Of a stretch of 64,000 bases of DNA, positions 53,668-64,000 are shown in pieces. Each line of letters begins with the position of its first letter. Positions within the stretch are counted from its first letter, which is position 1. A program made the translations under genes and the position numbers. Source of the stretch: Felis catus (lineage: Eukaryota); contig NC_058381.1 in assembly GCF_018350175.1 (NCBI RefSeq), positions 40,238,001-40,302,000 of the forward strand. Direction: 5' to 3'. The notes beneath the pieces are model-generated. The model was not told where the DNA came from, did not search any database, and was given only the letters and a program-made list of their open reading frames with translations.

Positions 53668-56600
53668 GGGCCTGTCATCCGAGCCCAGACCTCATCAGCC
53701 TCCGCCTTAGGAGGTGTGGGAACCCACAGCCATGATCTTCTTGACTTTCTCCAGCATTATCTCCTTTTATGGGCCCAAGGGAGTAGAGGAGGCCTCTGGG
53801 TTGGCCCCTGGGTGTTGGAAAAGCCAGCCCGGCTGTTGCAGGAAACAAAGACCTCGTGCCCAAGGAGACACAGAAGGCTCTAGAATGGCCCAGAAATGTG
53901 GCAATGGTGACCAACTATCCCAGTTTCCTCAGGACTGTTCTCGATTTAGTGCTAAAAGCCCCATATCTCTGAGAACCCCTCAGTCCCCTGCAAAATGGGA
54001 GAGTTGGCCACCCCAGACAGAGCAGAGCCTTGGGGTGAGACCCCCGCTCCCTCCCTCACCAGGAAATATGGCCGGTTGTATAGCCCTACCATCAGCCAAA
54101 ACAACGAGAGGTCAGCCTACTGAGCGCCTGTCCATGGTCACACTTACCATGTGTAGGAAGGTATGTCTTCCCACACCCCGGCCAAAAAGCGGAGAAGCCT
54201 TCCTTGCTGGCTGCCTCGGGACTGAGGGGGAGAACGGAGACACGATTCACAGACCTCGTCAGAAGACACAGTCGGATCTTCAGAGTTTTATCTCTGCTGC
54301 AGGAGCTGTCTGGACTGAGGTCCAGAAAGCTTGACTAGGGGTGGAGTGTATTTTTCCAGAACGTCCCATCTGCCCAGCGAGTGAGGCCTGGGAGAGGGTC
54401 TGGGAGCCGAGCCAGAGGGCAGGCGGAGCCCTGTGGGATTTGCCTTCCAGTCTGCCCTGCAGTTCGGGGCCCTGCCGACTCTTCTGGAGACACGTTTCAC
54501 CTTCCCATCGGGAGAACGGCCGTGAGCTGAGCGCCAGCAGCCTTCCCGGTACATGGTCTCGCTTCACCCCCATGTTGCCCTGTGAGCCCAGGCTTGTCAT
54601 CCCCACCTCAGAGCTGAGGAACCCAAGACCCAGGGATGATAAGGGCTTGCCAAAGTGCCACCACCTAGTGACCGTCAGAGCCAAGATGCCCTCTCCACCA
54701 CACCACCCGCCTCCGCCTCTGCTGGGAACCCCTCCCGGGCTGCCAGGTACGGCTGGGCGCTGCAAAGGACAGAAAGAACGAATAGTGTGGGCTCCACCGG
54801 GGGATGACCGATAGCCTCTGGTGTCCCAGGAGAAGCAGCTCAGAAGCATGTGAACTCTGCGGGTTCCAATCCCAGTCCCAACATGTACCAAGCGTGTGCT
54901 TGAATTTCTCCCCATCTCTCTGTTTCCTCCTCTGTAAAGTGGCAAGAAGATAACAACACCTACTTCCTAGGGCTGCTCTGAGGATTGAAAAGCAGAAACA
55001 GCACCTGCTCACGGGAAGTGCTCGGGAACGCCAAACGCTGTGATGGGCGGAGTCTTGCTGTGCTCAGACTGACAACACTAAGAAGCTGTCACTAGGGAGT
55101 GCAGATGGGCTCTGAGCACCTAGGCCACCATCCCATAGGCCAGGTGCGTGCGTTTGGGGGCCCTCAGATATAGAACTCTCGTGAGTCACCATGGCCTTCC
55201 CACACCCAGGAGCCTGGTGTGACCAGCACCCGCCCAGCACAGTTCCAGGGCCAGTTGGCTGCCTCACCTTCTCCTCCCTGGAAATCCATGCCTCAGTGCA
55301 AAGGACGCGGCTGAGCTAAGAGCCTGGATGAGCCTCCTCTGGTGTTCGGATCTCCCATCCATGTGAGCACAGGGCTCCACCCCAGCCCTGCTAAGCCTCC
55401 TGTGCTCTGGGCTCAAGGGCCACCCCGGATCCACAGGGCCCAGAGAAGCCACAGCAACAAAGGCCTGGGAAGCCCCATGCTGTTTATACCTGTGACCCCT
55501 GGGGAGGGGGCGGTCACATGGGTTCCTAGAAAGGGCTCCACACCTGTGCTGCCCAGAACGGGTTTGCCTCCCCGACACAGCCCTGTTAAAGGCAAGGCTG
55601 ATGGCACTTAGTTCCTGCCAGGCCCCATGCTGAGCTCTCTCCAAGCATTCTCTCATTCATTGCTCACAACAGTCTCATGAGATTGGCATCGCCAGTATCC
55701 CAGTATTTAGTAGATGAGTAAACTGAGACTTGGAATGTTTCAGAAGCCTACCCCGCTCCAGCCCAGCTTTGCCCTCCTGGCTCTGAACGCCCATGGCAGT
55801 GACTGGTGGTTGATCTGCTGGCCCTCCCTTCACTGATACCCTCCAATTGTCTTGTGTTTGAGCCGTGTCTTCCCAGGGAGACTGTTTTGGGGGCAAGGAC
55901 AGACCTCCTACTTCTTTTGAAATGTCTATAGTTCAAGCATGGAGTTAGGCTCCCAGATGTCTCAGAATGAAAGAATAAATGAAAGGAAGAATGAATGAAT
56001 GAATGAATGAGTGAATGCTTGGCCCATGGTAAGTTGTGCTAAGTGAGAAAGAAAAGAAAGGATTTTGAGAGAAAAGGAACATTAAAAAGGGGGGCAGGGG
56101 GGATAAGGAAGGGAGGGGGAAAAAAAGTGGGTAGGGAGCTAGGAGGGAAAAAACACTTCCAAAGTCAGACTTACTATCCCTACTGTTATAGATGGGGAAA
56201 CTGAGGCTCAGAGATTGGGCAGCTCTGTGTAGGGGAGCAGCACTGCCCAGACTAACACTAACAAAGTGTTCTCTGGGCCAAAAGCCATTCTGCCAAAGGG
56301 AGACAGGCCCATAAGCCTATTCTGTGGCTAAAAATTCTTGATAAGTTTTTTTAGATAATTTTATAAGACATATAAGTAATATTTTTAAAGCTATGAAGTA
56401 GCCTCTAAGTCATTCTGGTCTATTTCCATTCTTCCTCAGCATTCTTTTTACTAAAACGAAATAATGACCTAGAACGCCTTATCAGCAAGAACCAATCTTG
56501 TTAGTAAGTATCCTAATTACTTTTCCGACAGGACCTGTGCACCCCGCCAAGGTAGGGTCTGTGCTGTCCCCAGAACATGCCGTGAGTGCACTTGGCCATA

Positions 56601-57273
56601 CTTTAAAATACCTTTGCCCTCCTCCTTCCGGCTCTGCCCGTCCTTCAAAGCTTCCATTAATTCCAAATCTCCCCTAAACCCCCAGATCTCAATGACCTCT
56701 CCCCATCCTGAGAACCCGAGAGCCTGCCCCACACCCACACCCGCCATGCCTGGTGCTGCATGGAGTGCAGGCGGCTGTCTCCCCAGCTGGACCATCAGCT
56801 TCTTGAGGACTGGAGGGCCCGTGACCCACCGTCTGATCCAGCTGCTTCCCCCGCACCCCCTCTTCTCCCTGGATGTTCCCCTGCATTAGCACTTTTTTCA
56901 TGCATGAGGTGTTGGTTGATTAATTGATTGGAGCATGAGAAAGATAGCCAGATAGCAGCTCTGCAAGTATAAACAAGATGAGAACCACCTTGAAATAAAG
57001 GATTATGTTCACTCTGGAGGAATTTGATAAAATGTAATGTGTGATATCATCTCTCCCTTGGTGTCAAAAAAGAGCAATGACATAGGAGTCAAAAGGCCTG
57101 CAAGGGTGTCCTGTCTGCCCTTTACTGTGCCAGTGCCGGTCCCCAGCAGTGCTGAGCAAAAGTGCTGAGTTCTGGTTTCCACAGCAGTTAGTGATTTAAA
57201 CTGGAACCCAGTTAAGTGTGGGTGTGAGGTTGAGGATAGGAGGGGTTCCTTAACCAGTGCAGATACTCCAAAA

Positions 57274-57683
57274 TTTCTTTTTTTTTTTTAATTTTTTTAA
57301 TGTTTATTTATTTTAGAGAGAGAGAGAAAGAGACAGAGCCCAAGCGGGGGAGGAGCAGAGAGAGAGGGAGACACAGAATACGAAGTAGGCTCCAGGCTCT
57401 GAGCTGTCTGCACCGAGCCCAATGCAGGGCTTGAACCCACCAACTCGAGATAATGACCTGAGTCGAAGTCTGACGCTTAACGGGTGTTATCAGTCAGGTT
57501 TCTCCAGAGAAACAGAACCAATAGGATGGAAAGAAAAAAAAATAAAATAAAATATATATATATATATGGACTCACGTAGTTGTGGAGAGGCTTGCAAATC
57601 TGAGATCCGTAGGACAGGCTGGCAGCTGGAAACTCAGCAGGATCTCTATGTTACACTCTTGGACTGAGCCACCCAGGCGCCCT
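57274..57683 (-). mobile_element. Can-SINE interrupted by an MLT2-like LTR fragment (~57482-57661)
   Basis: The SINE reads ..gacgcttaac[insert]gactgagccacccaggcgccc. The insert is tgttatcagtcaggtttctccagagaaacagaaccaatagga..(TA)n..ctcacgtagttgtggag..ggctggcagctggaaactcag. Confidence 0.8.
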
Positions 57684-57739
57684 GATGCTCTGAAATGTCA
57701 TAAACAGCTAGACAACGCTACATAAAGAAAGTGCCTACA

Positions 57740-58097
57740 GGGCCACCTGGGTGGCTCAGTCAGTTAAGCGACTGACTCTTTTTTTTTTTAATGTTTAATT
57801 TTGAGAGAGAGAGAGAGAGAGAGACAGAGCGTGAGCAGGGGAGGGGCAGAGAGAGACAGAGACACAGAATCCGAAGCAGGCCCCAGGCTCTGAGCTGTCA
57901 GCACAAAGCCCAACACGGGGCTCGAATTCACCAATCGTGAGATCATGACCTGAGCCAAAGTCGGACGCTTAACCGACTGAGCCCCCCAGGTGCCCCAGTG
58001 ACTGACTCTTGATTTCCGCTCAGGTCATGATCGTGTGGTTGGGGGATTGAGCCCACATTAGGCCCCTCACTGAGGGTGGAGACTGCTTGGGATTCTG

Positions 58098-58128
<31 letters not shown>

Positions 58129-58146
58129 GTCCCTCACCCACTCGTG

Positions 58147-58178
<32 letters not shown>

Positions 58179-58207
58179 ATAAACAAATAAACTTTACAAA
58201 AAGAAGA
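57740..58207. mobile_element. Plus-strand Can-SINE with an antisense Can-SINE (57781-57996) nested in it
   Basis: Inner TSD gactgactctt at 57770-57780 and 58000-58010; outer TSD aaagaaag(tg/ca)cctaca at 57724-57739 and 58208-58223. Confidence 0.9.
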
Positions 58208-59528
58208 AAAGAAAGCACCTACAGCCACACAGGGCAGTCTGAGTGCCTGAGACGAGGCTGTGAGTGCACCCCATAAGCTGTAGAGGGCGCACATAAAGGG
58301 GACACGCTGTACGACAGAGTGAGGCGCTGACGGTGTGATTATTTGCCAGGATACACGACCTGGTGTGGTCTGTCTGCCTGCAATAGCAGGGCAGCTCGAG
58401 CGGTGGCCAGAACAGAGGGCTCAGTCCGCCTCCTGCTCCCTGGCCGTCTCCACACACCAGCAAGCAGGGCTGGGATGTGCTCTGTGCACATCCTGCGGCC
58501 CGCCGTCTCCAGAGCCTCAGGCCAGAGCAGGGAGTGGCAGACATCAGCCCCCAGAGCAGGAGCATGGAGTACCTGAGGGAAGCGGGGCCTGACCAGTAGG
58601 TAGCAATGATTCCGGTTGGGTGGAGGTGGGGAGAGACACTACGCGCTGGGAAGAGGACCAGAGTCAGAATCAGAATAGCTGGACGATGGCCTCTTCTCTG
58701 CCACTCACTGCTGTGTGGCCTCAGGAAAGTCACTGTCCACTCTGGGCCTGTCTTCTCAACTAAAGAATAAATCAGGGGGGCAAAGAAGACATGGGGCCCT
58801 CAGACTTCTCACAGGCCATGCGTCTCTGACCAGAGTGGCGTCCAGGGCCCGGCACCGTTAGGCTGGATGCCCAGAAGGGCAGAGCTCAGCCAGCAGACTT
58901 TGGGGCACTCTGACCTCTGCCCCACAGAGAGGTTCCCTCCCGCCTGCTCCGTGTTTCACCCCCCACACTTCACTGTCCCTGTTGCCCTTCATTCAGCCCT
59001 GTATCCAGGTCTGGGGACAGAGGGTCACCTGGCCCTCCTGACTTCATCTTCCAGCTCCCCTCCCCGAAGTGGTCTGCCCAGGCTGGCTGCCTGCCTGGTT
59101 GGTCCCTCTCCCAAACTGGCACCAGTATTAGGCCCGAGGGTGGGCCAACAGGTCAGTGGAAGCTGGACTAAGGAGGAGAAGCTAAAGGGAAGGACAGGGA
59201 CCACCAGATCCAGGCAGGGTGACCAAGGAGGGCTGGCTTGGGAGCCTTTGCAGGGCCACCAGGTGGGTACCCATGGGCAGGGCTGAAGCTGTGGGCAATG
59301 GCTGTGCCTGTCTGGATTGGGTGGGTGTCTGTTTTCATGAGCCAGGGCATGAGGTGTCCCCGTTACTAAATATCTTTAATCACCCCGTCACTTCCTACCA
59401 CTCAGACCCAGAGAAGACAGACGTGAAACCAAAGCCCACAACTTTACTGTGACCCTTGACCAAACATCCCCACTAACTAACCTCATAAGAAGAGACAGAG
59501 TCACGTTTGCAATGCCAAGAGAACACAC

Positions 59529-59534
59529 TTTATT
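59529..59534 (-). terminator. Candidate polyadenylation signal AATAAA of KRT36
   Basis: tttatt ~175 nt past the stop. Confidence 0.7.
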
Positions 59535-59706
59535 GGGTGGAATTCCAGGGGAACCTAGTTTTGCATAAAAGCAGTTAAGTCCAGAAACACAGTATAAGAA
59601 GTCATTTTGGTAGAAAAAAAATATGCTGAGCGGGGAGCCCCTCTAGGGAATGGAGGGGGGGTCATTTAGAGCCGGGAGCCACAGGGGTGTCCCTCCGGGG
59701 GGCTGG

Positions 59707-63329
<3,623 letters not shown>

Positions 63330-63382
63330 TCACAGTGAAGCAAGGAGCTCAGGTTCTAGACTCTCAAGGCCTCTCTGGGGTG

Positions 63383-63611
63383 TTTATATACAGTCTCCGT
63401 GGGGTGTTGGCGTGTTTCTCTTGGGAAAGCCTATTCCTATTCCAGAAAGCTAATCTCATCAGAATGTGATTTTTTTTTTGCTACCCATCCAGAATTTCTT
63501 AGCTTGTAAAAAATTAAAAAAAAAAAAAAAATTTGAATTTTGTTTGCTAAGTCAGGACTCTCATGTGTTGTCATTTCCTGTCAGAATATGAATTTTATTG
63601 CGTCTTCAAAG
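63383..63611 (-). promoter_or_regulatory. KRT36 proximal promoter: TATATAAA, GCCAACACCC, Hox13-type CAATAAAA next to LEF1 CTTTGAAGA
   Basis: tttatata at 63383-63390; gggtgttggc at 63402-63411; ttttattg at 63593-63600; tcttcaaag at 63603-63611. Confidence 0.75.
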
Positions 63612-64000
63612 TCTTTGCACCAGATCCCATAAATCGGGAGTGGCCTCACAAATGACATTTGGTTCCTGCTCTCTCTGCGTGCCTTCCCCGGAGCAGCCCA
63701 GTCTGTCCGCGCGTCACCCCCTGTCCACTTCCCCGGCCTCACAGGTGCCTCCCCTGCGCCTGGGCCCCTGGGACGGCTAAAAGGGAAGGACAATTCTGTG
63801 TTCAGGACCCGTAGTCACTTCATTTACACCACACAACAATCCTGGGAGGCGGCCGGTCCTGTCTCCGTAGCACCGATGGTGACATGGCAGCGAGTGACAG
63901 AGCTTGGAACGGAGACCAGGTCTCCCAGACCCCAAATCCTGTACTCCTGTGTTCCCGCTGCTTCTCTCACACAACCAAGGTCAAGTGCAGGCACCCAGAA

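Overview
Mammalian genomic DNA, almost certainly a felid given the abundant tRNA-derived Can-SINEs of the SINEC_Fc type, covering part of the type I (acidic) hair-keratin cluster. Five 7-exon keratin genes lie head-to-tail on the minus strand, with GT-AG boundaries at every visible splice site and the canonical internal exon sizes 83/157/162/126/221. In window order they are KRT37-like (7486-11120), KRT38-like (21287-25126), KRT32 (37503-43984), KRT35 (49791-53361) and KRT36 (59707-63311). A decayed keratin pseudogene (~30.2-32.2 kb) sits at the position of human KRT43P. Main observations: (1) KRT37-like and KRT38-like are about 98-99% identical over two tracts that include introns and promoter, while intron 2 and the tail exon are unalignable, which points to patchy gene conversion. 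(2) KRT37-like has an early TAA nine codons before a second in-frame TGA and carries most of the non-consensus amino-acid differences. (3) All three N-gaps fall on keratin exons, two of them exactly 207 nt at the same exon-relative offsets. (4) LEF1 and GCCAAC(A/G)CCC promoter elements are positionally conserved. (5) Several SINEs are nested, and one contains an MLT2-like LTR fragment. I found no prokaryote-type system (CRISPR, operon) and no convincing non-keratin gene. Gene names rest on recalled human protein sequences and gene order, not on a database search.
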